DNA of 61,310 nt, the filler included, from Asterionella formosa (taxonomy: Eukaryota), in assembly GCA_002256025.1 (NCBI GenBank). It is 13 parts of 13 records of this genome, joined end to end, with 100 filler letters (N's around TTAATTAATTAA, not from the genome) between each part and the next. Parts side by side here need not be neighbours in the genome. Positions count along the whole stretch, not along the records: positions 1 to 4,632 come from NKIB01013431.1; positions 4,733 to 9,364 come from NKIB01013432.1; positions 9,465 to 14,096 come from NKIB01013433.1; 10 more parts are not named here. One strand, 5' to 3'. The notes under the pieces were generated by a model. That model had not been told where the DNA came from and did not search any database. It saw only the letters and a program-made list of their open reading frames with translations. The position numbers were made by a program, and so were the translations under genes. Positions 1-11,373 of this stretch are shown here, one piece after another. The first letter of the stretch is position 1. Each line of letters opens with the position of its first letter.

Positions 1-121
1 ATTCGTGGACGTTATAGGCTTGCAGAATCTTGGATAGCGTTTCTTCTCGTGACCGAATAGCGGCTTCAATGCCAGAGGCTAGGAGGAGGATGTCATCGTC
101 AGGAGGTGATTCAACAGTCAT
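1..121 (-). CDS. Possible 5' end of a hypothetical protein (MTVESPPDDDILLLASGIEAAIRSREETLSKILQAYNVHE...), running off the window edge
   Basis: ATG at 121-119, frame open to position 1, coding-like composition after an AT-rich upstream region; no recognisable motif. Confidence 0.3.
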   Translation of the reverse strand, partial: MTVESPPDDDILLLASGIEAAIRSREETLSKILQAYNVHE

Positions 122-1418
122 CTTACTTGTGTTTGATGTTTTATTGTCGTCACTATTTTATGCCTTCTTTATTATGTGGCACACAGCAATAAAATGATAC
201 AAAGTATTATGGTACCTGGTACCAGGTACTCCGTACCTACATACTCTGATTGCATACATCATGACTCTTCAACTCCACGATCGATACGTACCAGTGTACC
301 TGGTACCAGGTACCATGTACCTAACATCATATACGGTACTCCTACAATACCATCGTAACTTGTTTCGTATTAACTAACCCTAACAGTGCTGGTGCATACC
401 GGTATGATTTCAATATTGGATGTAAAAAAATAACTGCATATTATTGAATTCTAGCTATTTGTTAATGTATTTATACTACCTGTATTCTTGCCAGTCACCA
501 GTGATCAGACGATGTCATTTTGTACACTTAACAGGGAGGAGGAGAGCTGCCATCATTTCCTGAGCTAGCTAAATAATGCGCTGGTAAGGGAGAAGAGTTG
601 TTTAAAGGGGGTGGTGGGCAGTTGCAAGAGAGGAAAGCAATAATATTAGTAACAATAATATTAGCAACAAAATTAACAACAATATTATCAAAAACATTAA
701 ATCAATATTAGCATAAAAATTATCAACCATATTAATACTAACATTAACAACTGCCACAACTGCCACAACCACCACCACAACAACCATCATAAAACAGCAA
801 CCACCACAACTATTCTTTCCGAAAAAAGACACCAGGAAACAAGAACTGACAGTTCCCTCTGCTGATCAGTAATAGTATGATTTCACAGTCGACGAAGTTT
901 CTGGAAAATTGTCTTGTGCAGGTGATGATACATTGTTACAGCATTTGATTGCTTCTGTTTCAGTTTATTGGCACTCTGTTGAGGGCGAGGTTGTTGTTTG
1001 CTCCCAAAGAAAAATATTAGGTGGCCTGTGATGTTAGTGCTGTTGTGATGTGAAAGGAGTGGATTTATTGAAGCATCCAAAACAGTAAGGTCACTAAGGG
1101 ATGATGATGACAAACATAGATATTATGCACACAAAAATGTTGTAAACATAATTCGACCGAGGAGAATATATTGGGAATGTACTCTGCCTAAGAACTCTTG
1201 TGTAAATTAAGCAAGGAGGCCTTCATTGGATATGCAGACAATGTATAAAAGTTCAATTGCGAAAATGAATGACATCAGGAAAGTACTCTTCGAAATCAGG
1301 CAAATTTCAAAATGGAATGATTGGCGATTGGCTAATAGTGAAATTTGGCAAGGTCCCAGAGTCTGAAATATATTTGTCTCTATTCTCCCTTGACAACCCT
1401 GATGCTACGAGAGCATTC

Positions 1419-1478
1419 AAGTCTTTTAGGATATTCTTGAACTTACAGAAGTCTTTTAGGATATTCTTGAACTTACAG
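1419..1478. repeat. 30-bp tandem duplication AAGTCTTTTAGGATATTCTTGAACTTACAG x2
   Basis: Two exact adjacent copies, 1419-1448 and 1449-1478. Confidence 0.9.
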
Positions 1479-1900
1479 AACTTTTTTCAGTATAAGTTTG
1501 TTCATCGGCCGAATACCTTGTGCCAACATTTCTACTCCAATTGCTTGGATTCTGATGTCCAGACTGAAGTGTGCTGGGGCGGTGATGATCCTGTTGTAAT
1601 CGACTTAACAGCTAAAATGAAGCAAGATTCCTTTGTAGAATACTTTGGATTAGCTACTCTCAGCTTGATCTAAACATTTCATTAGATGAGGGCATTCGAC
1701 TTTTGACACAGCTTCTGGCAGATTATCTATTATATAGTACATAAAAGTTAATGAAATTTTTATAGTATGTAAAAGCTAACCAATTTATCGTACTCGTGCC
1801 TTAGTATCGTTTTTTATTCATCTGTAGGGTATCACGGGACCTGTCTCTTTGTCAGCCTCGCCTCTGGCACCCTAGAGACTACATTAAAATGAAAATCAGG

Positions 1901-1967
1901 TGGAGAATGCAGGAATCGAACCCGCCACCTCATGAGGTCGTGTGCTAACCAATTAAGTCTTTCCCTT
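1901..1967 (-). pseudogene. Degenerate tRNA-Ala-like sequence (possible SINE head)
   Basis: Minus strand ends GAGGTGGCGGGTTCGATTCCTGCATTCTCCA, matching the T-arm/acceptor 3' half of eukaryotic tRNA-Ala; B-box GGTTCGATTCC; D-arm degenerate; no intact anticodon arm. Confidence 0.5.
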
Positions 1968-2695
1968 ATCTATCATGTAGTAGATGAATGGCTGATCATG
2001 ACGAGAAACCCATCACCTTCTTTCTTGACATATTGGACTGCCTACCGGTACACATGGAGATACTTGGATCTTGAATTGACTGTCTGCTCATCAATGGATA
2101 CAACATAGTCGAATTGATTGTAAGATAAAGAACATCAAGATCATAATCTAGTCATTGGTTTTCAATAATAGTTTTGTACTTTTTGAGACCTGACCAGCAT
2201 GGTACTAAGGACAGGAAGGTCTCACTAGTAAGAATAAATGGCGCATTTATTCACTATTTATTATTTAGTTATCAACGCCATAATTTGCAACTAGTATAGT
2301 ATTGCTTGTGCATATAGCATCAAAATTTGTACATTCTAAAATATTGGTTTGAGTGTCAAATGATATTTATTTCCTTTTTGTGTCCAATACCCCTAAAATT
2401 GAGCAGCAAGTATCTTTAGGGTTTCACTGTACAGAGTATATCACTGTACTCACATGCTCCACAACCCCCGAAAAGTGCGTGCAAAATGATATAAAAGATT
2501 ATTAGTTGAGCCATTATCATTCATTTCCAATAGTAAGGAAACTCAAACTGGATGGAGGGCGAGAATAGTTATCATTGGACTATTTGGTTATATCAAGAAA
2601 TACTCAGAATTCAATCATCATGCTGACGTAACTGTCGTGTTCCAGCCGTGCTGGCTCTGAAAAGTCAGGTCAAAGCATTCATGATACCCTCCACG

Positions 2696-3580
2696 ACTAG
2701 CTTTTGGTTGCCACTTCCGCCTCACCAACTTTCTCTTCTATGGCAGTGAAATTACCTTGGGTCGACCAAAATCCAACTGCAAGAGGTAAGTTCATTGTGG
2801 AAAATATGATATCTGCATCACCAGGTCCCAATCCAACATCGTGACAACCAAGAGTAAACTGATGGTCAATTGCAAAGGGTTACGCTTCTATTTTCTTTAT
2901 GTAACCATGCAAGGTCTTTATCTTTGTCGTTGTTGCATCTTGCAGATTCGAGTACAGCAACCTGGTTCCATAGGTCTCTGATGACATGATGACAATCAAC
3001 GGTTGCTTTGCTGAGGTGTCTAACAAGGCCTATTCCAAGAAGGATTCACATTTCTCTTCCATTGTAATTTGGTAGGCTCTATTGTTTTGTAGGTAAGTTA
3101 CAAAGTCATTAACAGTTTGTTAACTACTACATTCTTCCACAAATGTATTAACACAACTTTTGCAAAACGCATTTTCCTGCAGCTATGTCGACAATGAAGG
3201 AAAATCGAAGACTTGATTCCTGCTCTGTTCAAAAGCAAAAGCTGGTTGAACGGTAGATGTGGTAGATTTGAATGTTGCGGGAAGAGGTTCTTTGATTGTA
3301 GGACACAACCAATTCTGATTTTTGTCGTCGATTATATTCCGACGTCCCTTATTACTAACTCCAATCTGCTGAGAATGGATACATGTTTAACGAACTTTTC
3401 CACCAACTCCTCGACTTCATCATATCGGCACTGACATTCAGGGCATTCGAAATCACAGCATTTGCAGAAGATGCGACTGTCGTATCCCTCCAAATCCGAC
3501 TCTACAATTAATCAGTCTTGACATAAGGGACATGTATCATACGGACTGTAGTTGACTGGGTCATCCCCCTTGTTGTCATG
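2696..3580 (-). mobile_element. Degenerate Mutator-like transposase remnant
   Basis: Minus-strand peptide PFAIDHQFTLGCHDVGLGPGDADIIFSTMNLPLAVGFWSTQGNFTAIEEKVG (~2878-2720) resembles the Mutator-like N-terminal motif (F/Y-x-I-N-x-x-x-V-L-G...G-L-G...M-N-L-P); Cys-rich pieces upstream (CPLC, CKCC..CPEC, FCKSC); many stops and frameshifts. Confidence 0.4.
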
Positions 3581-3683
3581 GTGTTATGTAATTTCGCTCA
3601 TGGTTGATTGTTGCGTTTTTTTGGTTTCTTAGTCATCAACAATATTTGCCATGCTGCCAACTCGTATGAAACAAATATGTTGA

Positions 3684-3715
<32 letters not shown>

Positions 3716-3722
3716 TATATAT
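3684..3722. repeat. (TA)n microsatellite
   Basis: Run of TA dinucleotides with one interruption. Confidence 0.9.
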
Positions 3723-4632
3723 TTAGCGAATTCGAAAAGGAAGCTATATACATACCCGCAAATTTTCACTGATTTAAGTTTTTCAAATGGAATCACATCA
3801 TTCAAAAATAGCTAATAATATTCTTAAGGTTCCTGTATTTGAAATTTTGGCAACCCTAAGCAATATCCTAATTTTTGCCTAGGGTTTCAAATTCAGCAAC
3901 CTTTAGCAAAACGAACAAGGAGCAAATGGCAGAATAAGCAAAACAGATTGGTCTCAATATTTTAGGCAAAATCAGATTAAAGCTAAATATATAAGAACAA
4001 CAAGTCGGTCAGGTTGGTTTATTAAACGGATGTCAAGAAGAGACACATATATCAATTTGGAATTGGAATCAGAATTGCTGGTACGAAGTTGTTCGAGGAA
4101 CTAGATATAGCAAATTTACCGCAACTTCTTGCTGATGGTTGCCTCTATGGAATATAGGGAGGACGGATTAGATAGCTCCTTTCTTGAATTACTGTAGCAT
4201 GCATCTTGCTTTCGTGTTTGTACTGGTAACCAGTAGGTAGATGAATGACTTACAATACTAGTATACATTTGAGATGAATAAAAACTCAAAGTACAAGGTA
4301 ATCAAACTTGTTGATACATGCATCATTGTAAGCAATAGATTTTACATAAATGCCATGAGAGTAACATTACAGCTTTTCCTAATAAACTTTTTCTTACCCA
4401 GGCCATTGATACTGGCCCTGTGACATTCTATCCTAGGAATGATCCATACAAACTTTACTTGTTGTTGCATGGCATGTTTACTCCAACTTTCCTGGTGCTT
4501 CATCCACACTCTTGTTTCCCAGAAAGGAGAGAAAGACATTGTACCCAATCTGGATGGAGTTGATGTACAACAATCTTTGAGCAGGAGGGACAAATGCAAA
4601 GTTGATGGCTGTGAAAATGGGGTCATGGTTGT

Positions 4633-4732
4633 NNNNNNNNNNNNNNNNNNNNNNNNNNNNNNNNNNNNNNNNNNNNTTAATTAATTAANNNNNNNNNNNN
4701 NNNNNNNNNNNNNNNNNNNNNNNNNNNNNNNN
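4633..4732. other. Artificial contig linker N44-TTAATTAATTAA-N44; same linker at 9365, 14097, 18827, 23556, 28283, 33005, 37725, 42445, 47165, 51884 and 56600
   Basis: Identical 100-bp spacer with stop codons in all six frames; flanking contigs decrease steadily in length. Confidence 0.97.
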
Positions 4733-4802
4733 CTGACACAACACAACAGCACACAGAGCAACAAACAGTACCTGGTACCTACCGCATTATTCGCTCCTCA
4801 CC

Positions 4803-6942
4803 ATGCCGACCATGTCCCCCTTCATGACTGCCTTGCTGGCTCACGATGTGGAGGCTCACGTCATTGACTTCGATCATTGCCGCTCGGGCTTGGCCGTGGA
4901 AACAGATTACATCATTTCCGTGCAACCAAAGGCCCGCGTCGGAACGTTTGAGTCCTTCAAGTGAGTTATTGTCACCATACGCATGCATGCATGCGTCCCA
5001 TGATTCAGGCATTCATTTGCGGACAGTTCACCGTCGTGCTAACCGTACCATGGCTTCCCTCAGACTCTCCAAAACATACTCCGACTTTCGTAGCTTGGCA
5101 TCGCACCTCAACAAAGCTGCGGAGCCAAAGACTGGCGAATCTCGTACTCCGGAACGGCAGCAGGCCATTGGTCTGGCCGGGGCCGTCCTCCATTTGATCG
5201 ATTCACAAAAGACATCGTACTTCGGGAAGGTCAATTTAGCCTATGTCCGTTCGCTGGCCAAACAACGTGCGCAAATTATCAATGCTGCCCTGGAGACGAT
5301 CCTCAAGAACGTACCTCAGACGAACCATTCTACCCGCACTGCCGGCAGCATTCAACCTGTCATGGCAACGATCGAATCGTTTTTTCTAACAGACCACTGT
5401 GTCGAAGACACTGCTCCTCATTCAAATACATTCGAGAATATTCGCAGAGTGCTACCCAGCCTCCCGCTTCCCAGCCTCCCGACTCTTATACGAGTCAAGA
5501 ACGACTCAGAACAACCTCCGGTTCCAACAACCGTCGTGTCACCCGTAGTGCCACGGACCAGAGTGCAACGACGCAGCGTGGCCATTCGCGCTTTGGAAGA
5601 AAATGAACTGGAGCAAATTCAGTTGCACCTTGGAGATGACAATGACGACGACAGGAACAAGAAGGACATTCTTCCCAACTATGCTGCGCCTGTCCCGACC
5701 GTGGCATTCTATGGATCCAGCATGATTGGTGACATGATTGAACATAGTCCCGCCGTCTTTTTGGCCATTTTTGCTGCATCTGTTGCCATGCTCAAGGTAG
5801 TGTCACGAACGACACTGACTATTGACACTGATATTTTCATGTTGCTGTGCTTTTCCTTCTTTTGTGTTGGCCTACACTTTCCTAGACCAGCTCAACCGGA
5901 GATTGAGGCACCCAGCAAAACATTCAAGCGCGTGGAAAGGCCGGCATGTGCCATTATTAAACGAAGCATGATGGTCAAGAGTACAGCCACTGTCAACGCA
6001 GCAGGTCAAACCGTCTTGGAGGTGTCCAACGAGGATTCCTTCATAGAGGAGGAAAACGGCGATGGACCCCTTATTGTGAGCCCCATGCCCTTGTATCCCC
6101 CAGGAGCCGAAATGGGAGAGTATTTGAACCGCTGGTCAGCTCCTAGTCATGATCTATTCAAGGTACGAGGACCAAACTATTTCAAGGATAAGAAGAAAGT
6201 AAAATCGGAGGAATTTTTGTTCCCCGCTCGAGGAATTGATTTGTTCCTGACAGATGCGTGTCCTGAGAACATTGGAGCCAACAATGGCATCATGGGTGGG
6301 CACTTTAGAGATGTTCCTTCCTTCGTTGTTAACTTTAGACTTCCTTGGGGTGTCTTGTTGTTCTACTTTGAAATTCCTGAAAAATTCATACCATGGATTC
6401 GAAAAGGGCATGATCCCGATTTTGATGCCACCAAGGAGAAACTTCCATCGTTGGCCAGTATGACACCAGGAGATCGGACGTTATGCCGTTTTCTGTCCGG
6501 TACTCAACAGCACAAGGACGAAGTCTGGAAAATCGTTCCAGTTGTGGTGGAGGGTCCTTGGATTGTCAAACAAGCCGTGGGTGGTAAGCCTGCTATTGTA
6601 GGGACCAAACTTCCAGTGACTTACATTTACGAGCCAGCTCAAGGGACCAAGGCCATGTACTTTGAAGCAGACTTGGATATAGTGGCCTCGTCTGCGGCTC
6701 GTGGTATTCTTTCCGTCGTTCGGTCGTATACGCAAACATTAACTTTGGATCTCGGCTTTGTCGTCCAAAGTATGAATGAGGATGAACTTCCCGAACAAAT
6801 GATGGTGGGTTGTCGTCTTCATGGACTAGATCCTCTGCATGCTCCGCCATTGCCTCCCATGACCAATTCCATCATGGAAGCCATGTCAGCTCATCAAGAG
6901 GGCGAGGAATTGACGGCGTCGGCCTCGATGACGAGTCGATGA
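4803..6942 (+). CDS. PX-like domain + hydrophobic segments + C-terminal EDR2-C (DUF1336) protein; join(4803..4960,5064..6942)
   Basis: Exon 1 MPTMSPF...ETDYIISVQP...ESF; donor GTGAGT at 4961, branch GCTAAC ~5038, acceptor CTCAG 5063; phase 2 rejoins the long ORF (KLSKTYSDFRSLASHL...KQRAQII, PX-like). C-terminus WSAP..FKVRGPNYFKDKKK, KIVPVVVEGPWIVK..VGGKP, YFEADLDI..S, LDLGFVVQ...DELPE is EDR2-C-like. Confidence 0.85.
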
Positions 6943-7319
6943 GGTAATGGAATGGGAGACTTCAAATTTTTATTTATTTGGAAATTGATTAGTTTTGTTA
7001 AAGCTATTTGTGATTCTTTTGGATTGTGTGTCATGTGCCTGTATGTAGTCAAGTAGTTTCTTGGGGTCTAGTTATCTGGATTCATGGATCCTTTGGGTCG
7101 TTTGACTTTACTGTAGTCGCTTCCAAATGTTGCGGCAATCTGTACTTGAAACCGGCCTCATGTGTTCACATAGTCGCCGCCATTAGCGCCCACCATAGTG
7201 CTGACCGCACACATGTACAATGCCCTAAAAGACGAGCAATAGCGATCAACTTCTAGCAATCACACAAAACCTCAAAACTGTTGCAAGTTGCGTGCAACGC
7301 TTTATAATTTAATCGATAC

Positions 7320-9146
7320 TCAAGTTTTCGAAAAAAAATCGGTCGTCGTTGGTGGCGTACGCGTTTCAACCATGTCGGCCAAAGAGGACCTTCGGTAATC
7401 CCTAGGTCTAGGTGGCAACGGTGAGTGCCTGGAACGAAGTTTCGCCCTTCGGGATGGCATGCTGCTGGATGCGTGACCGGAATTATTGAGGGATGCGACA
7501 CCGGGGTCCGAGTTGCTAAAGGATCGAAGTCGATTGAAACGCTCTCTTCGATGAGGACTCAATGTTGATGCTCGGTAGGATCGTGTGGCATGTGATTCCA
7601 ATGCCTTTAGATTGTTAACTGAACTGCCCTTTCGGTGCATACGCACTTGTCCTCTACTAGCCATTTCGGTTAATGAAAGTTTGTCCGTGATGGTCAATTC
7701 CAAATCGGTTCCTTCATCTTTTGTATCGTGTCTGCAACAGAAATCACGCATTATGTATTCATTCAATGCCGATGCTCCGCACAGCAGGGACACAAGCGAT
7801 GATGAAAGTGTCGCTGGTACCGGCTCCGTTACGGTGGGATTCTCCACCTTTGCCGCAACTTCTGGCTGTGAATGAACTGGTATACTGATCAGCACCTTCG
7901 CTTCCTGCTTGTCATCTGCAACAGTATGGAGCCTCAAACCCGCCACTTCATAGAGCAACACGTAAGCTTGCTGGCTTAGAACCACATCCAAGTCCACCTT
8001 TTCTATGACACTATCATTAGCTTTGTACCAGTCACCACCAGCTTTGACGTAGGCTAAATAGTGACCGGAATCACATGACGATCCTTCATGCACCAAGACA
8101 CCCACCAAGTCATATGGTGGCGGTTTTGACTTGTTCATCTTCGACATGTAATCACCGATGAGTAATTCTTGCGGAAAGTCGACTCTTTTATTAATTCTCG
8201 ACATGCATCCGTACCGGTCAAATGCAAATCGCTTCAAATGACAAACTAGAATCGACGGAGCTGTTGCCAGTCTCAATCCTTTGGTCACTTGCTGCTTTTC
8301 GTTGCAGTTCTCACAATGAACACAGTTGTCCCCGTCCAACACTTCGGTTTTCGTAAATTCATCCAATGCATCCGCAATCGACAATGTAGTTGAATGAGAA
8401 ATATCCAAAGACAAGTCCATGTAGCGATCTCGGGTCATGGACGAATGCCGGCAAGCGATGCAAGTAACGGCAGATTCTAGCAGTCCATCAAAGAGGGACG
8501 AGAGCTGCGTATTGTGTCCATTCATGGTGAGAGTTGACAACAATGCTCGCAGAAACTCATGGGCATCCTCTTGTTGATAGGGCCGCAGGCAGTCAGACAG
8601 CTTATCCGGGTGCTTGGTAATATTGGCTGGATTAATGACAACGCCGGACATGGATGACGACGGCATCCACCATGAATGATTCACGGCTACGAGAGGCGAC
8701 GTGTACTCCTTTGTCATGTTGGTGAGCTCCCGAGTTAGCCATTGCGAGCTGTGCTGAAGTTTGCGATAGGCTCGTTTCTTGCGCTTGCTTTCTTTGCGAG
8801 ATTCACTCTGTAATTCACTTTTCAAGTCGCATTTGGAGTCACAACTATCTTGTGAATTGGAGCGATCAAGCGACTCGCCGTTGGGCAATGGCAAGAGAGC
8901 TGAATTCAATGAATAGCTCCGAAAGTTATCCACTGCCTTGGGGTCGAGTAGGGCTGGGGTTAGCGCTGTGGACAATAGACATTGTAGAGCAGCATTGGCG
9001 TAGCATGTGTTTCCAACATTGAGTAGTCCCTTGGGTGGCGTTGCGACGACGTGCGAAGGTTGCTTGCTGGGCTTCGCAACGACTGGAGTGACTTGGGGGC
9101 GACGATGTACGAATGCTCCACATCCAGATCCTGACCCTTTTCCCAT
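7320..9146 (-). CDS. Ubiquitin carboxyl-terminal hydrolase (peptidase C19, USP36/42-like)
   Basis: Cys box GLLNVGNTCYANAALQCL, QQEDAHEFL, Zn-finger CIAC/CENC, HLKRF, His box VLVHEG...GHYLAYV..WYKAND. Confidence 0.95.
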   Translation of the reverse strand: MGKGSGSGCGAFVHRRPQVTPVVAKPSKQPSHVVATPPKGLLNVGNTCYANAALQCLLSTALTPALLDPKAVDNFRSYSLNSALLPLPNGESLDRSNSQDSCDSKCDLKSELQSESRKESKRKKRAYRKLQHSSQWLTRELTNMTKEYTSPLVAVNHSWWMPSSSMSGVVINPANITKHPDKLSDCLRPYQQEDAHEFLRALLSTLTMNGHNTQLSSLFDGLLESAVTCIACRHSSMTRDRYMDLSLDISHSTTLSIADALDEFTKTEVLDGDNCVHCENCNEKQQVTKGLRLATAPSILVCHLKRFAFDRYGCMSRINKRVDFPQELLIGDYMSKMNKSKPPPYDLVGVLVHEGSSCDSGHYLAYVKAGGDWYKANDSVIEKVDLDVVLSQQAYVLLYEVAGLRLHTVADDKQEAKVLISIPVHSQPEVAAKVENPTVTEPVPATLSSSLVSLLCGASALNEYIMRDFCCRHDTKDEGTDLELTITDKLSLTEMASRGQVRMHRKGSSVNNLKALESHATRSYRASTLSPHRRERFNRLRSFSNSDPGVASLNNSGHASSSMPSRRAKLRSRHSPLPPRPRDYRRSSLADMVETRTPPTTTDFFSKT

Positions 9147-9621
9147 AATGACTGAAAACTAGAGCTGTGTCTCGTTCAGCAGCCGCCAATGATCGTTCTA
9201 GTGAGGATCATCCACCAAATCTCAGCAATCGATACAGGAGTAGTAAAATGACGAGAAGGCTCTGGTCTTGTCGTCCTTCTGCAGCTTGAAAGGTTTAATA
9301 CAAATCGGCAACACAATCAAATCCCAAGCGCAAGACCACCAATGCAAAAGTATGTCGCGGCTTTNNNNNNNNNNNNNNNNNNNNNNNNNNNNNNNNNNNN
9401 NNNNNNNNTTAATTAATTAANNNNNNNNNNNNNNNNNNNNNNNNNNNNNNNNNNNNNNNNNNNNATATATAAATTTTAATTTCAACATTCTTTCATCAGA
9501 CCATTGAACTTGTTTGCCATTCGTCGTATCCACCTCAACTCTCACTATCTCCACCACCATCTCCTCCATTACCATTACCACCTCCACTACCAGCAACAAC
9601 AACAAAATTCGCGGTGACGCA

Positions 9622-11373
9622 ATGACTCGGCTACCAAAACCCAAAAAGGTACCAAAAGTGAAACCATCCCAAGCCGTGGTTGCCGTTCGACGAGAGTTGC
9701 AAGAGTGTTGCAGGACTCATCATGTGACCAAGGCGATGGAATTGTACCATCAAGCCAAGTTAGATGGCGTTGCAATCGAAGCTACATCATATTATAACTT
9801 GTTGAACCTGTGTGAACGATTAGGGAGTCATGGCATTCACATTGGCACACCTCGAGCGGCCGCCTCTCATCAGCAGCAGACACAACTAACGACGACTGCC
9901 ACAACGCCAGCAGACCATGACGACGACGACCATGACACCACTACCACGACGACTCCTGTCGACGACGAGACTCGCTACGAATACGCACTGACGCTGCAGG
10001 CCGATATGAAAGACCAGAACATTGCATGGACGGAAACGGCATTTACTGCCATGGTCCGACTGTTGAGCAAGGCAGGGCGCCTTGAGGATGCCCATGCGCT
10101 AGTCAATCAAGCAGAGCAAACACAGCAGTGCAAAGCACGATTGAGACTCTACTCCTCGTTGCTTGTCGCCTACTGCGACTGTGGAAAATTAGTGGACGCA
10201 CTCGCGCTGTGGAATCAATTGCATGCCAAGAAGCTATTCTTGAGTGAGCGAGACTATGCCGCCATTTTGACTTGCGCGACAGGTCATCAGGATGCACGCG
10301 TTGTGGATCGGGTATTGTCGGATTTGGCGGAAGACATACTAGTTCCTAGCAAGGAGACCATGGAGTGTATCATCCAATGGTTTCAACAAGTCAATCCAAC
10401 CACTACCGAGACGACGGAAAGTGCGTTGGACCAAGTGTCGTTGTTCCCAACTCATTCCCCCAGTATGGGACCAGTCACGGGTGCTAGACATTTATGGAAG
10501 ATTGATAGGAATTGTGCAATCGCAGATGGTATTCTACAAACAGGTTGTTTGGCACAGTGTTCCCTCAAACCTGTCCCGTTATCGGACACGGATTGGAACG
10601 ACATGATGGTGGCCAATGCCTCGATTGTGTTGGATGGGACATTGGACGATCACACGTCCACCTACCAAGGTGGGGGCAAGGGACGCAAACGCAAGCGAAA
10701 CGATAAACATGGTAGAGAACAATGGCAGGACTTTCAAGCATTTTTAAATAACACGTATCCACCACACTCACATGGGTTACATGTCGTCATTGATGGTGCA
10801 AATGTTGGATATTACAAGCAAAATTTTGAAGCTGCTCCCAAACATGTTGATTATCATCAAATTGATTGGATCGTGAGACATTTTCAACAAGAAAACAAAA
10901 ACGTATTGTTGGTGTTGCACGAACGACACTTTTCAAAAAAATTAATGCCACAATGGGCGGAACCCATTGTCAAATCATGGGCAAACATACTCTTTCGTGC
11001 TCCCGCAGGAATGAACGACGATTGGTTTTGGTTGCATGCTGCACTCTGGGGTGGACGATCGACATTGGTAGTAACAAATGACGAAATGAGAGATCATCAT
11101 TTTCAAATGTTGGCACCACGTTCCTTTTTGCGTTGGAAAGAACGACAACAAATACATTTTTCGTTTGGGACCTGGAATCAAAAAGGGCGGGAACTGTCCT
11201 TGGATTACCCAGCCAAGTATAGTCGAAGAATTCAGCGAGTGGCAGATGGGTTGGTCGTACCATTGCCAAAACGAGGGGACGAGAATCGCTTCTTGGATGG
11301 TGTGCATGTAGCAAGTGATGAAGAACCAGAGGAAGAAACATATTTGTGCATTAGGCCAAAGCTTATGGAGTGA
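9622..11373 (+). CDS. PRORP: Protein-only RNase P (PPR repeats + NYN nuclease domain)
   Basis: PPR-like helices (ETAFTAMVRL, RLYSSLLVAYC, ERDYAAIL); NYN motifs VVIDGANVG, NDDWFWLHAAL, VTNDEMRDHHF, FLRWKER; first ATG at 9622 (ORF track start is a non-ATG codon). Confidence 0.93.
   Translation: MTRLPKPKKVPKVKPSQAVVAVRRELQECCRTHHVTKAMELYHQAKLDGVAIEATSYYNLLNLCERLGSHGIHIGTPRAAASHQQQTQLTTTATTPADHDDDDHDTTTTTTPVDDETRYEYALTLQADMKDQNIAWTETAFTAMVRLLSKAGRLEDAHALVNQAEQTQQCKARLRLYSSLLVAYCDCGKLVDALALWNQLHAKKLFLSERDYAAILTCATGHQDARVVDRVLSDLAEDILVPSKETMECIIQWFQQVNPTTTETTESALDQVSLFPTHSPSMGPVTGARHLWKIDRNCAIADGILQTGCLAQCSLKPVPLSDTDWNDMMVANASIVLDGTLDDHTSTYQGGGKGRKRKRNDKHGREQWQDFQAFLNNTYPPHSHGLHVVIDGANVGYYKQNFEAAPKHVDYHQIDWIVRHFQQENKNVLLVLHERHFSKKLMPQWAEPIVKSWANILFRAPAGMNDDWFWLHAALWGGRSTLVVTNDEMRDHHFQMLAPRSFLRWKERQQIHFSFGTWNQKGRELSLDYPAKYSRRIQRVADGLVVPLPKRGDENRFLDGVHVASDEEPEEETYLCIRPKLME

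Noticed and set aside
602..832. Hydrophobic 76-aa ORF
   Set aside because: Translation of a degenerate AAC/AAT/ACC low-complexity tract
4342..4632. Possible CxxxGC zinc-finger gene fragment (CKVDGC)
   Set aside because: Single short motif cut by the linker; insufficient support
4677..4688. TTAATTAATTAA recurring every ~4.7 kb as a biological periodic element
   Set aside because: Always centred in 44+44 Ns; artificial six-frame stop linker
4846..5063. ORF-track N-terminus MWRLTSL... of the EDR2-C protein
   Set aside because: Reads through a canonical intron; the spliced model from ATG 4803 gives a coherent PX-like domain
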